NCBI GenBank assembly: GCA_965249555.1
Contig: OZ252243.1
Span: 736,001-800,000, forward strand
Direction: 5' to 3'
DNA length: 64,000 nucleotides
From: Nitrosopumilus sp.
GTDB lineage: Archaea; Thermoproteota; Nitrososphaeria; Nitrososphaerales; Nitrosopumilaceae
In this document: positions 1 through 10,002 of the stretch, one piece after another
Numbering within the stretch: the stretch's first letter is position 1
How the letters are laid out: each line of letters starts with the position of its first letter
Position numbers and translations under genes: made by a program
The notes under the pieces: generated by a model
Database searches by the model: none
The model's input: only the letters and a program-made list of their open reading frames with translations
Told to the model about the DNA's origin: nothing

Positions 1-1960
1 ATTCTACTGCTTTTTGAATATCGTCATTAGTTCGAATAGCAGATCTAAAGTCTCCAAGAGTATGGGTACCGATAGATGAAACATCTTTTACAAATGTGGA
101 TTCAAATATTATTTGATCATCTTTTTTTGTATTATAAGCAAGATATACATAATTTTTTAATGCCTCTATAGTACACAACACCTTGTCATTATTTTCTGTA
201 GATATTCTAAAACCTCCATATGTATTAGTCATGTAAAACTTTGTATCTGGACATTCTGAAGAAATTTTATCTTTCAAAGTATTCCATAGATCTATACATT
301 CCTTTCCATCAAGATGATCTTCTTCAAGAATATCTGGCTCAGAAGTAGGTATTGTTTGTATTTCTGGACACTTCCATATTGCAAGGGCTTGTTTAGTAAG
401 ATACTCTGTACGTTCTTGCATGGTTTGTTCATTCCATTTGTCATATTTGATTAAATCTCTAGTAATTATCACATTACTATTTTTGTACGTTTCACATTTC
501 TTTGAAAATGATTTATTGCCAAGCTTTGCATTATAACCTGTAAATGTAAGATTCCCAATTTTGTCAATATATGATTCATGAATTTCTTTATGCTTGTCTC
601 CAAGATCATTTTCCCATGAAGGGTTTAGAGTTTGAGGCATAATATGTTCTATTTCGAGAGTATTAGGATCAACCAATTCTTTAGTTCTATTGTGTTCTAG
701 TCTAGCAAGTATGTATCTACACATGGTTCTATTGTTGTATAATAATACTTGTTTTAGTTTCTCTGCAAATATAACATCTGTATGGAATTTTCTATTTCCC
801 GATCTGGATGTCAAAAAGTTCTCTATACTTTTTACATAATTCTTTTCATCTATCTTTGGGATCATCTCTGGAAAAACCTTGTTTCCACCTTTGGTTGTTT
901 CACACACATAACTTCGGAGTAAATAACTGTCAACTAGTAATAGTATTTTTTCTACCTGCTCCTCATCAAGTATTTTAGCATAGTCTGCTAAAACTTTTAA
1001 CATAAAAGAAAAGGCTACATTAGTGTCTTGAGTGCGTATGAATCGAAGTACTTTATAGATTTTATCAGATTCATGTTTAGATAAGGTCAAGATTTCTGCA
1101 TAATATTTTGAATATTTATGCATGTTTTGAATTTCTTGTTCTCTGTCACGATTTTGCATATGGTCCTTAAAAAATTCATAGGTTTGTTTCTTTGATACTA
1201 TTTTACCTCTATGCATGATTAGATAATTTCTTAAAAATTCATCAAAATCATCCTGTAACTCGGATTCCATAGGTTTCCAATATTTTTCGTAGAGTTCCTT
1301 TTGTTTGGTTTTGTTATGAGACATTAACATGTAATTTTGTATCATATCTGTATCAGACAAATTAAGACCAGTAGAATTCATACTTTCAAAAATAGCTTGT
1401 ACGTTATTTTCGACATCAACCATAACGCTTACTATAGCAAGTTTGTTTATCCCCCTCCAAACCAAATCAATATTCAAATCATTTAGTTCAGTTTTAAAAT
1501 AGTTATAATTTACAGAGAGGTTGCTTGATTCTGCTATTTCATTGTCATCTAATATATTTCTCAAGATTAAATCATCATCATCTGTCAATATTAATTTGAA
1601 ACGTTTGTCACCATCATCATGTAGATTAAACAACAAGTTTTCAATTATACCTTGCAATTTTTCGTCAATACCAGATGAGCTTTTTAATGCTTTTAGCAAC
1701 AACAGCAAAGTTGTCAGTCTTTGTTGACCATCAATAACTTGATAAATATTTACATCTACTGCATCAGTCAATTCAGGTAGATAGGTAATTGTTCCTAGAA
1801 AATGCTTTGAATTTGTATTATCTTTGCCTATTTTTTTAATGTCACAAAGTAATTGCTTACAGTGTTTTTTCTGCCAATCGTATGTACGTTGATATATTGG
1901 TATATTGAATTGATTTCGCCCGTCTAAGAGGGCTATCAAGTTTATGTATCTTGCCTCCAT
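1..1960 (-). CDS. GmrSD-like restriction protein (DUF262 + DUF1524/HNH), 3' end runs off the window
   Basis: Not in the ORF track; hand translation from ATG at 1960 gives MEARYINLIALLDGRNQFNIPIYQRTYDW...VIDGQQRLTT...IFESMNSTG (DUF262 motifs), later EIEHIMPQ...KIGNLTF (DUF1524). Confidence 0.88.
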   Translation of the reverse strand, partial: MEARYINLIALLDGRNQFNIPIYQRTYDWQKKHCKQLLCDIKKIGKDNTNSKHFLGTITYLPELTDAVDVNIYQVIDGQQRLTTLLLLLKALKSSSGIDEKLQGIIENLLFNLHDDGDKRFKLILTDDDDLILRNILDDNEIAESSNLSVNYNYFKTELNDLNIDLVWRGINKLAIVSVMVDVENNVQAIFESMNSTGLNLSDTDMIQNYMLMSHNKTKQKELYEKYWKPMESELQDDFDEFLRNYLIMHRGKIVSKKQTYEFFKDHMQNRDREQEIQNMHKYSKYYAEILTLSKHESDKIYKVLRFIRTQDTNVAFSFMLKVLADYAKILDEEQVEKILLLVDSYLLRSYVCETTKGGNKVFPEMIPKIDEKNYVKSIENFLTSRSGNRKFHTDVIFAEKLKQVLLYNNRTMCRYILARLEHNRTKELVDPNTLEIEHIMPQTLNPSWENDLGDKHKEIHESYIDKIGNLTFTGYNAKLGNKSFSKKCETYKNSNVIITRDLIKYDKWNEQTMQERTEYLTKQALAIWKCPEIQTIPTSEPDILEEDHLDGKECIDLWNTLKDKISSECPDTKFYMTNTYGGFRISTENNDKVLCTIEALKNYVYLAYNTKKDDQIIFESTFVKDVSSIGTHTLGDFRSAIRTNDDIQKAVE

Positions 1961-2448
1961 AGGTTATATTTTTTTGATGAGATTAAACATCTTTCTATTG
2001 ATCTTTAGACTATTGACAAATTATTTTCAATAATCTTCTTATTCTTTTTGTCATCAACTACAAATTTACAGATACTTTTAGTTTTGACTTTGCTTCTGCA
2101 CGTTGTTTTGATAAAGTGTGGAGCTGGACTCTACAAATCTCTTCTTTATTGGAGTATTGAGAATTCTATTTACCATGATTGGTAAATGTATAATTTATCA
2201 TAACACCAAGATTGTGATTTTTCACATTGCTTGTCACAGGCAATAATTCTAGGTGATTGGGTACCTACAGCCTCTAGATTATTGTGGAATATTTCATAAA
2301 AATAATGGATGGACTTTGTATCATTTGCAAAAACAATCCCTGATGAATCATTGTTAGTATAATTCCTAGAATCAAGATACGCCGAGAATCTTTCCTGTAC
2401 TTTTTATAAAAACAAGACTCTCTATATCATGAAAAGCAGGGACAAAAT

Positions 2449-2763
2449 TTAATTTTTATTTGATTCAATTAAAAATAGATTTTTCTCGAATCTGCCTCGT
2501 TTCTCTGCCTTTTCAAGTTGAATTTTATCAAATTCTTTCAATGATGTGCCTCGTAGGTTTACAATTTTTTGAATAACTTCCACCATATCTGCAAGTTCTT
2601 CTACTGAACTACTTTCATGATATTCTTTCAACTCTTCATCTAGTTTTTTGTCTAGTTCTACTAGAAACTCTTCATCAGATAATGTTTTGATTTCACATGT
2701 TCTGCCATGTTCTTTGATGATTTCTGGAATCCTATCTCTGATAGCTTTATGATATTTTGTCAA
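2449..2763 (-). CDS. MazG-like nucleoside triphosphate pyrophosphohydrolase (PRA-PH-like)
   Basis: KAIRDRIPEII...KLDEELKEY...EELADMVEV...KRGRFEK motif pattern. Confidence 0.85.
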   Translation of the reverse strand: MTKYHKAIRDRIPEIIKEHGRTCEIKTLSDEEFLVELDKKLDEELKEYHESSSVEELADMVEVIQKIVNLRGTSLKEFDKIQLEKAEKRGRFEKNLFLIESNKN

Positions 2764-3029
2764 ATTTTCTCCCTCAAAAAAGAATCATTTGTTATGTGAA
2801 TCATTTGTTTATAAAGATCATCCTGTGCAGGATCAAATTTTTTGAGGTAAGGAGTTACTTTTCTTTAAATTACATTGTTTATGAGAAAGTACTAAATTTC
2901 AAATTTACATCTGAAAATTTAAAAAAATTAAAAGAATTTTATTTTTTAGATTGGAAAGAACTAGTTCATGAAATATCAGAATTAAATAAATTTGAACCTA
3001 AAGGACAAGATAATTGGCAAAAATATTTT

Positions 3030-3272
3030 AAAGATTTGATAGTGCTTAGAAATGCTGTACCGAATGAAATTAGTGATAATAAAAAAACTGTATGTACTGT
3101 TGCATATTCAAATGAACATGGTTTGATTAGAATTTATCCAGTACCACCAAATGCTCCTATGAAACGCTGGAACATAATTTCAATTCCTCTTGAACGTAAC
3201 AAACAGGATAGTAGAGATGAGAGTAAAGAGTTGCTACCATGTACAAGGGTTACACAGACTAACTCAAAGTGA
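3030..3272 (+). pseudogene. Truncated fragment of a conserved defence-island protein (within ORF 2757-3272, which looks chimeric)
   Basis: DLIVLRNAVPNEISDNKKTVCTVAYSNEHGLIRIYPVP...DSRDES resembles a conserved N-terminus (VCxAG...IRLYP...DxRxES), then breaks off. Confidence 0.45.
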
Positions 3273-3334
3273 GCGGAGAACAAAATACCACACAGATGGT
3301 AAATGGGAGCATTCCACTAGATCAGGCAACTTGA

Positions 3335-3582
3335 TCAGAAAGGAGGCGATGGTAAAGTACCATGATACACTTCAAAATAATGATCAAAGCCTCTAGTAGA
3401 GTTTAATTTCACAATTGGTTTCCCAAGCACAACTTCAAGCTTTGCAAGATATGCACAAGTCTCTGGCAGTTCAGCTCCTGTATCACAAAAGAAATATTCC
3501 ATATCGGCAACTTTGTCTCTCATGTATACTGCAAGTGCACTAGAATCTTTACTTCATGTATTCCACATACATGTCGTACCAT
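3335..3582 (-). pseudogene. PAPS-reductase family (SspD-like) pseudogene, frameshifted and truncated
   Basis: MVRHVCGI + frameshift through a degraded SGGKDS + KDSSALAVYMRDK...EYFFCDTGAELPET...LPSP then stop. Confidence 0.75.
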
Positions 3583-3641
3583 AGTCAGTATACTCTTTCA
3601 TCGTGATATAACCAAGCGTTAAAAATCGATTAACCTGAGCA

Positions 3642-5048
3642 TTATGGCATTTTAATAACATTGAATCCATACTCATTACAAGTCTCGTAATGATTGCGTA
3701 TCTCACGTTTCCATCCTAATCTTGTATCAATTAATTTAATGGAGTGATCCAAGAGTGGTATTTGATCTCTGTATTTTTTATTTCGATCTACCAGGCAGCC
3801 CTCCCAGCTCGGGTCTGGTAGGGAACCACTCTTTTTGAGGTTACAGTCCTGACATGCTAAAACTAAATTCCATGCATCATCTGCAAAGATATACGACCAC
3901 GGCACAAAGTGATCCACATGTATGTAACCTGTCTCAAGCCTGTCACCACAATAAAAACAATGATTTGTATGTGTCAGATATGCATCACGGTATTTGCTCA
4001 AGGATCTTCTCTGAGGATCTTCTTGTTCTATCTTTGCTATTAGGTTGGGTAATGAACCGTTTATTTTTTCTAAGAATTTGGCCCACTCTGCAAGAACTGC
4101 CAACGAAAGTAAACTGTTATTGTCTTTGAAGAATCTAAATGCTTCGGGGTAAAGAGTTATCTTTTTTGCAGCATCATCATAGTCATAAAACACCTTCGTT
4201 AGATTTGAATATCTGCCTTCCACTATCTTTTGAAATCTTGGCACAACAAGTGATGTCTTTGATTTTTCATTACCAAAAACAGTCTTTAGGATGGTACGTT
4301 TGGCAAGACTCTTCTGTTCCTCATCAACAAGATCAAAATCAGCTGGCACAGAATCATTAAACACATCACGTATTGCTTGTATGACTTTGGGTGTACTTTT
4401 AATCTTAAAATCTTGTTTAATTTTGAATTTACATTCTTGATGCCAGTAATATTTCAGGAATTTGTCTGCAAGGTATTCGTATGGTATTACTCTATGTGCG
4501 TCATTCTCATCGTATGATGTTTCTTTACAATATTCTAACAGGGCACGAGCTAGGGCAAACTTGTATGTGTTGTCTTTACGTCCATTTCTAAGTATTGACA
4601 CAAATATTTTTTTTGGATCATTTTGATCCACACTGTCAGGCAGTACACTCTTCTTTGATTTGTCTAAACTTACTGTGGGTTTCTGGAATGTCTGATTTGT
4701 ATCTGTCAGTCTAATTATGCCCGTGCGTTTTGGTCTGTTCCAATCTACGATGATTTTTTTCTTTCTTAGTTTACTAATTTCCTGATCTATAATATTGTAA
4801 AAATCAGCTGATGTTCTTTGAGGCCCCCAGTATTTTGGGCTAAGCTGCAGTTCTTGGGCAAGATTTTCTATCAAATCCATTCGATTATGCCAAACAGGCA
4901 TGTTTTCATACTTGCTTTGTGATTGATCATTTGGAATTGATTTGTGCTTTTTTTCCTTCATCTCTGCAATGGTTATGCCCGGTTGACTCAGAGAATATTT
5001 TAGAAATTCTGGAATATACTTGCGAAATTGGTTAATGGATGTAGACAT
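3642..5048 (-). CDS. HNH endonuclease, putative restriction enzyme with N-terminal extension
   Basis: NTYKFALARALLE; C-terminal CFYCG...HVDHFVPWS...WNLVLACQDCNLKKS. Confidence 0.85.
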   Translation of the reverse strand: MSTSINQFRKYIPEFLKYSLSQPGITIAEMKEKKHKSIPNDQSQSKYENMPVWHNRMDLIENLAQELQLSPKYWGPQRTSADFYNIIDQEISKLRKKKIIVDWNRPKRTGIIRLTDTNQTFQKPTVSLDKSKKSVLPDSVDQNDPKKIFVSILRNGRKDNTYKFALARALLEYCKETSYDENDAHRVIPYEYLADKFLKYYWHQECKFKIKQDFKIKSTPKVIQAIRDVFNDSVPADFDLVDEEQKSLAKRTILKTVFGNEKSKTSLVVPRFQKIVEGRYSNLTKVFYDYDDAAKKITLYPEAFRFFKDNNSLLSLAVLAEWAKFLEKINGSLPNLIAKIEQEDPQRRSLSKYRDAYLTHTNHCFYCGDRLETGYIHVDHFVPWSYIFADDAWNLVLACQDCNLKKSGSLPDPSWEGCLVDRNKKYRDQIPLLDHSIKLIDTRLGWKREIRNHYETCNEYGFNVIKMP

Positions 5049-5558
5049 GTCTAATTCTCACCAAATTTTTTCAACATTATGTTTAATTGAATCGCATATT
5101 AAAAATTATCAGATAAGATATTTGATTGCAAATTAATATCACTTGACAATCGTAAAAAACTAGACAAACATTCTGACGAATTTTTAGAAAAGATGTTATC
5201 TTTAATTAAAGAGGAAGTTAAAGAATTATAGTTAGTACACTTGCATCTTAGAGACATTTCCTGAATTTTCTTGATTTCAAGAAAGTGTTACGTTAGAGAC
5301 ATGGAATTATACGCCTGTTTTAGGATTCTGACAGTCCGGATCACCAAAATTGTACAGGTCATATTTTTAGAAATTCCGATTGGCAGTATTCAAGAATTTT
5401 TTATATCACTTTTGAGCAGAGGTTTTTTCAAGGGGTCGGGCAATCCTGAGATCCATGTTTGTCACTTTTGAGCACTGATTAGAATTTGTTACTAGAATAG
5501 ACCAACTGCCAGAAAGTATAATCTAAACAACTTAATAGGATAATTTCAAAAGTGGATC

Positions 5559-6023
5559 ATGCCATTAAATGTCGGGGATACTGCTCCAGACTTTGAACTT
5601 CCAGATACGGAATTGAAGTTGCGGACTTTGGACGAGTTCAAAGGGGGCAAAATTGTATTGTCATTTATCGTAGCTGCAAGCTCTCCTGTTTGTGAAGCTG
5701 AGCTGTGTACATTTAGAGACTCTTGGCAAGAGATCTCAGATCTTGGTGCAAAGATAGTATCAATTAGTAATGACGGTCCATTTGCAAACAAGGCATTTGC
5801 AGAAAAACACCACTTTAATTTTCCGTTATTGGGGGATTATAACAGCAAGACAATTCGCGATTATGACATATTGATGAAGGATTTGCTTCACATCAAGGAC
5901 TATAATGCCGCAAAACGTTCCGTATTCATTATAATGGAGGACGGAAAGATTGGTTACAGATGGGTTTCAGAGGATCCATTAAAGGAACCAAACTATGAAG
6001 AGATCAAAAGTTTCTTGAAATAA
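5559..6023 (+). CDS. Peroxiredoxin (AhpC/TSA family)
   Basis: VGDTAPDFELP, SPVCEAELC, FPLLGD, AKRSVFII. Confidence 0.9.
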   Translation: MPLNVGDTAPDFELPDTELKLRTLDEFKGGKIVLSFIVAASSPVCEAELCTFRDSWQEISDLGAKIVSISNDGPFANKAFAEKHHFNFPLLGDYNSKTIRDYDILMKDLLHIKDYNAAKRSVFIIMEDGKIGYRWVSEDPLKEPNYEEIKSFLK

Positions 6024-6027
6024 GATT

Positions 6028-6540
6028 TTATTCTATCTCTGCAATTACGTCGCCTTTGGCAACGGTTCCAGCTTTTTTTACTTTGATTGATTTTATGACA
6101 CCGTCTTTGTGTGCCTTGATGGCAACTTGCATCTTCATAGACTCCAAAGTACAAACAACATCTCCCTTCTTTACAGAATCACCGTCTGCAACTGAAACAG
6201 ATACAACCTTTCCGGGAATCTGGCTTTTCAAGGCTAATTGTGCATCACCGGTACCGCCTCTGCCGGTATTTTTGTAAACAATTTCATCAAAGTGGGAATT
6301 AATGTTTAGAGTGATTGGGACATTATCAATTACAAGATTCATTTCATTTGTGGATTGTTCAAGATATTTTGCTCGGTGATACTTTTGGTCTAAAATAAAC
6401 TCAACTCCTTTTGAACTCATATTGATAATTTTTAATGCATGCTCGTTGTCGTTAATCCTAATTACATATTCATTATTACCAAGATTTTCTGTTATCCTTC
6501 CTTCAAATGATTTTTCAATGTCTGGTATCTTATAATCCAT
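6028..6540 (-). CDS. accB: Biotin carboxyl carrier subunit of acetyl/propionyl-CoA carboxylase
   Basis: ESMKM biotinylation motif; operon with the two genes upstream. Confidence 0.93.
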   Translation of the reverse strand: MDYKIPDIEKSFEGRITENLGNNEYVIRINDNEHALKIINMSSKGVEFILDQKYHRAKYLEQSTNEMNLVIDNVPITLNINSHFDEIVYKNTGRGGTGDAQLALKSQIPGKVVSVSVADGDSVKKGDVVCTLESMKMQVAIKAHKDGVIKSIKVKKAGTVAKGDVIAEIE

Positions 6541-6546
6541 AATTCA

Positions 6547-8034
6547 TCAATCCAATTTGTTCTTCCAATTGGAATTACTGCTAGCATTATTTTGTACACG
6601 GCTCTTAAAGTATTCAGAGTGAATTATTGCAGCAGCCAAGGCTGCCTCACTCTTCTCTTCTTTTTCTTTCTTAAGATCTTCAGTCAGTCTATCAATCATA
6701 TTGTGACGCTTGAGAAAATCGGTGGACAGTTCTCCATTTTTGTACTCATCGGAATTTAGAATTGTTTTGTATAGAGGAATTGATGTCTCCACTCCCTGAA
6801 TGTAAAAGTCATTTAGCGCTGAGAGCATTCTGGTCCTAGACTCTTCAAATGTTTGACCCCATGTACAGAGTTTTGCCATAAGTGAGTCATAAAATGGAGA
6901 GACTGCGCATCCCGGATATAGATAAGTGTCACATCTAACGCTTGGTCCTGCGGGAATTGTAACATCGGGAATGGGGCCAGTAGAGGGGGCAAAGTCCAAG
7001 AACGTGTCTTCTGCATTGATTCTGCATTCTATTGCATATCCATTCATTTTGAGATCACTTTGTTTGAATGGTAATGCTTCACCATTTGCAATATCTATTT
7101 GCAATTTGACCAAATCCAGTCCAGATACAAGTTCTGTAATTGGGTGCTCTACTTGTAATCTTGCATTGATTTCAATGAAATAGAACTCCCCATCGTCTGC
7201 CCTTAGAAATTCAGCAGTTCCCAAGTTAGTATAGCCAACTGCATCAGCTGCTTTACAAACCAATTCACCTATACGGTTTCTTGTTTCCTCATCAACAATA
7301 GGTGACGGTGTTTGCTCAATTAGTTTTTGATTTCGCCTTTGAATCGAGCATTCTCGCTCAAAGATATGTACTGCATTACCATGAGTGTCTCTAGCCATTT
7401 GAAATTCAATGTGCCGCGTCTTTTCAAGGAATTTTTCTACAAGAATGGCAGATTTTCCTACTGATGCCATTGATTCTCCGGTAACAGATTCATAGCCATC
7501 GCGTAACTCTTTATCATTAGTTACTATTCTAATTCCACGACCACCGCCGCCATATACTGACTTTAGCATTACAGGATAACCAATGTCATTTGCAATTTTT
7601 TCTGCATCAGCAGCATCTTTTACAAGACCGGGACTTCCAGGTACGGTTGGAACTTTGGCCTTTAACATTGCATCCTTGCATTTCATCTTGTCACCACAGA
7701 GATCCATTGAATCTGCAGTTGGGCCGATGAAATTAATTTTATTTTTTTCACACAACCGTGCAAAGTCATCATTTTCAGAAAGAAAACCATAACCCGGATG
7801 AACGGCATCTGCACCAGAAGATAACATGACTTCAAGAATTTTTTCTTGGTTAAGATATGATTTGGTAGGAGTTGCCTCTCCAATGTGATATGCTTCGGTG
7901 GCTTGCTTTACGTGCAAGGAATTATAATCTTCATCAGAATAGACTGCAACGGATTTGATTCCAAGTGCCTTACATGTCCTAATTACACGTAAAGCAATCT
8001 CTCCCCTGTTTGCGACAAGTATTTTTTCGATCAT
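6547..8034 (-). CDS. accC: Biotin carboxylase subunit of acetyl/propionyl-CoA carboxylase
   Basis: ANRGEIA, HPGYGFLSEN, GGGGRG, RECSIQRRNQK, RLQVEH. Confidence 0.96.
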   Translation of the reverse strand: MIEKILVANRGEIALRVIRTCKALGIKSVAVYSDEDYNSLHVKQATEAYHIGEATPTKSYLNQEKILEVMLSSGADAVHPGYGFLSENDDFARLCEKNKINFIGPTADSMDLCGDKMKCKDAMLKAKVPTVPGSPGLVKDAADAEKIANDIGYPVMLKSVYGGGGRGIRIVTNDKELRDGYESVTGESMASVGKSAILVEKFLEKTRHIEFQMARDTHGNAVHIFERECSIQRRNQKLIEQTPSPIVDEETRNRIGELVCKAADAVGYTNLGTAEFLRADDGEFYFIEINARLQVEHPITELVSGLDLVKLQIDIANGEALPFKQSDLKMNGYAIECRINAEDTFLDFAPSTGPIPDVTIPAGPSVRCDTYLYPGCAVSPFYDSLMAKLCTWGQTFEESRTRMLSALNDFYIQGVETSIPLYKTILNSDEYKNGELSTDFLKRHNMIDRLTEDLKKEKEEKSEAALAAAIIHSEYFKSRVQNNASSNSNWKNKLD

Positions 8035-8040
8035 TTCAAA

Positions 8041-9588
8041 TCACAGATTGATGTTTCCGTGTTTTCTGGGTAGTTGTTTCTCTCTCTTGTTTTCAAGCAT
8101 CTCTAGTGCTTTGATTAGCATGGGTCTTGTTTCGGCAGGATCAATTACATTATCAACTGTTCCATGAGATGCTGCAACGTAAGGATTTTCAAATTTTTCT
8201 GCAAATTCATCAATTAGCTCTTTTTTAAGAGACTCGGGGTCTTCAGATTTTGCAAGTTCCTTTCTATACATGATTTTTACGGCTGCCTCTCCACCCAAAA
8301 CAGCACATCTTGCAGTAGGCCATGCATAGTTGATGTCAGTTCTAAGATTCTTACTTCCCATTGCAATGTATGCGCCGCCATATGCTTTGCCAATGACTAG
8401 GGTGATTCTTGGAACAGTAGCTTCACAGAATGCATAGAGCAGTTTACTTCCATGTCTAATTATTCCATTGTGTTCTTGATTGGAGCCAGGCATGTAACCG
8501 GGAGTGTCAACCAGAGTGACAAGAGGTATGTTAAATGAATCACAGAACCTAATGAAACGTGCTGCCTTGTTTGATGAATCAATATCAAGCGCACCAGCAA
8601 GGTGCATAGGATTGTTTGCAACAAATCCAACAACTCTGCCATTCATTCGTCCATAGCCAACCACAATATTTGGTGCAAACAATTCATGCACTTCAAAGAA
8701 TTCATGATTGTCAACTATAGAGTTGATGATATCCTTCATGTCATAGGGTTGCAGGGGATTTTCCGGAATTATATTGATCAGATTGTGATCTAATCTATTT
8801 GGATCATCATCAGTTGCAGTTTTAGGTGGCTCTTCAGTATTATTTTGCGGAAGATATGAGAGTAATTTTTTGACGTAATCCATGCACTCGTATTCATTTT
8901 CTGCAACAAAATGTGCAACCCCACTCTTTGCACCATGGGTAATTGCACCGCCAAGGTCTTCAAATGAAATTTCTTCGCCCAATACAGTCTTGACCACATC
9001 AGGTCCTGTGACAAACATGGTTCCTATCTTGTCAACCATAATTACAAAGTCAGTCATTGCTGGAGAGTATACGGCACCGCCAGCAGAAGGGCCAATGCTT
9101 GCGGTAATTTGTGGAATTACTCCAGAAGCTAATTGATTGTAATAGAAGATATCTGCAAATCCATCAAGACTCATTATTCCCTCTTGGATTCTGGCACCGC
9201 CAGAATCCATTATTCCAATAATTGGGCATCCGGTTTTGAGTGCATGCTCTGTAAGTTTTGTAATTTTTTGAGCTCCCATCCTACTCAGTGTTCCACCAAG
9301 TACAGTAAAGTCATAAGCAAAGACAAAGATCTGTCTGCCATTTGCTGTCCCATATCCACAAACTACGCCATCTGTAAAGAATTTCTTCTTCTGCATGTCA
9401 TATTCATGATAGTGGTGCGTGGTTAACGGATCAATCTCAGTAAAGGTACCCTCATCAAGCAAAAGATTGATTCTTTCACGGGCAGTTAGTTTTCCCTTAT
9501 CATGTTGAGCCTTGATTCTATCCTGGCCCCCTCCCTGTAATGCCGTGTTATTCTTTTTAGTATATTCTTCAATCTTTTCAGAATGCAT
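8041..9588 (-). CDS. pccB: Carboxyltransferase subunit of acetyl/propionyl-CoA carboxylase (3HP/4HB cycle)
   Basis: GKLTARERI, DSGGARIQEG, KAYGGAY, KHGNINL. Confidence 0.95.
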   Translation of the reverse strand: MHSEKIEEYTKKNNTALQGGGQDRIKAQHDKGKLTARERINLLLDEGTFTEIDPLTTHHYHEYDMQKKKFFTDGVVCGYGTANGRQIFVFAYDFTVLGGTLSRMGAQKITKLTEHALKTGCPIIGIMDSGGARIQEGIMSLDGFADIFYYNQLASGVIPQITASIGPSAGGAVYSPAMTDFVIMVDKIGTMFVTGPDVVKTVLGEEISFEDLGGAITHGAKSGVAHFVAENEYECMDYVKKLLSYLPQNNTEEPPKTATDDDPNRLDHNLINIIPENPLQPYDMKDIINSIVDNHEFFEVHELFAPNIVVGYGRMNGRVVGFVANNPMHLAGALDIDSSNKAARFIRFCDSFNIPLVTLVDTPGYMPGSNQEHNGIIRHGSKLLYAFCEATVPRITLVIGKAYGGAYIAMGSKNLRTDINYAWPTARCAVLGGEAAVKIMYRKELAKSEDPESLKKELIDEFAEKFENPYVAASHGTVDNVIDPAETRPMLIKALEMLENKREKQLPRKHGNINL

Positions 9589-9690
9589 AACAGTGATCTA
9601 AAGCAAGAGGTTTTCCTATATTAATTTAATTTGACAACAGAGACATTGTCAAATTTTTACAAAAATTCAGGTATTGTCCATTTTGGAAAT

Positions 9691-10002
9691 TCAAGAGTTG
9701 AGAATTATGAATTTCTTTTTGACTGATTTCTGGTAAGAGTCAAAAGCATCTTTCTCCTCGCTACACTTCTTACAGATACATAGTTGAGATACGTTTGGAA
9801 TATCACAATTTTCCTGAAATTCACATTGTGAACAGCCAGCAGATGCACCACATACTGCGCATTGCAATTCATTGGTTTGAGCACATTTTTCATGTTTTAC
9901 ACCCAATCCTTTTGCCCATAATCCAATTTCATTGACCTTGATTTTTTCATTGCACACTATACAGGTCCCCGGAAACTTCATAGGGATTTTTCTCCAGCTC
10001 AT
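9691..10002 (-). CDS. Conserved Cys-rich hypothetical protein
   Basis: Several CxxC pairs; overlaps the rfcL stop by 4 nt. Confidence 0.75.
   Translation of the reverse strand: MSWRKIPMKFPGTCIVCNEKIKVNEIGLWAKGLGVKHEKCAQTNELQCAVCGASAGCSQCEFQENCDIPNVSQLCICKKCSEEKDAFDSYQKSVKKKFIILNS

Noticed and set aside
2030-2430. Minus-strand broken reading frames between the DUF262 and MazG-like genes
   Set aside because: Look like remnants, but no family could be assigned
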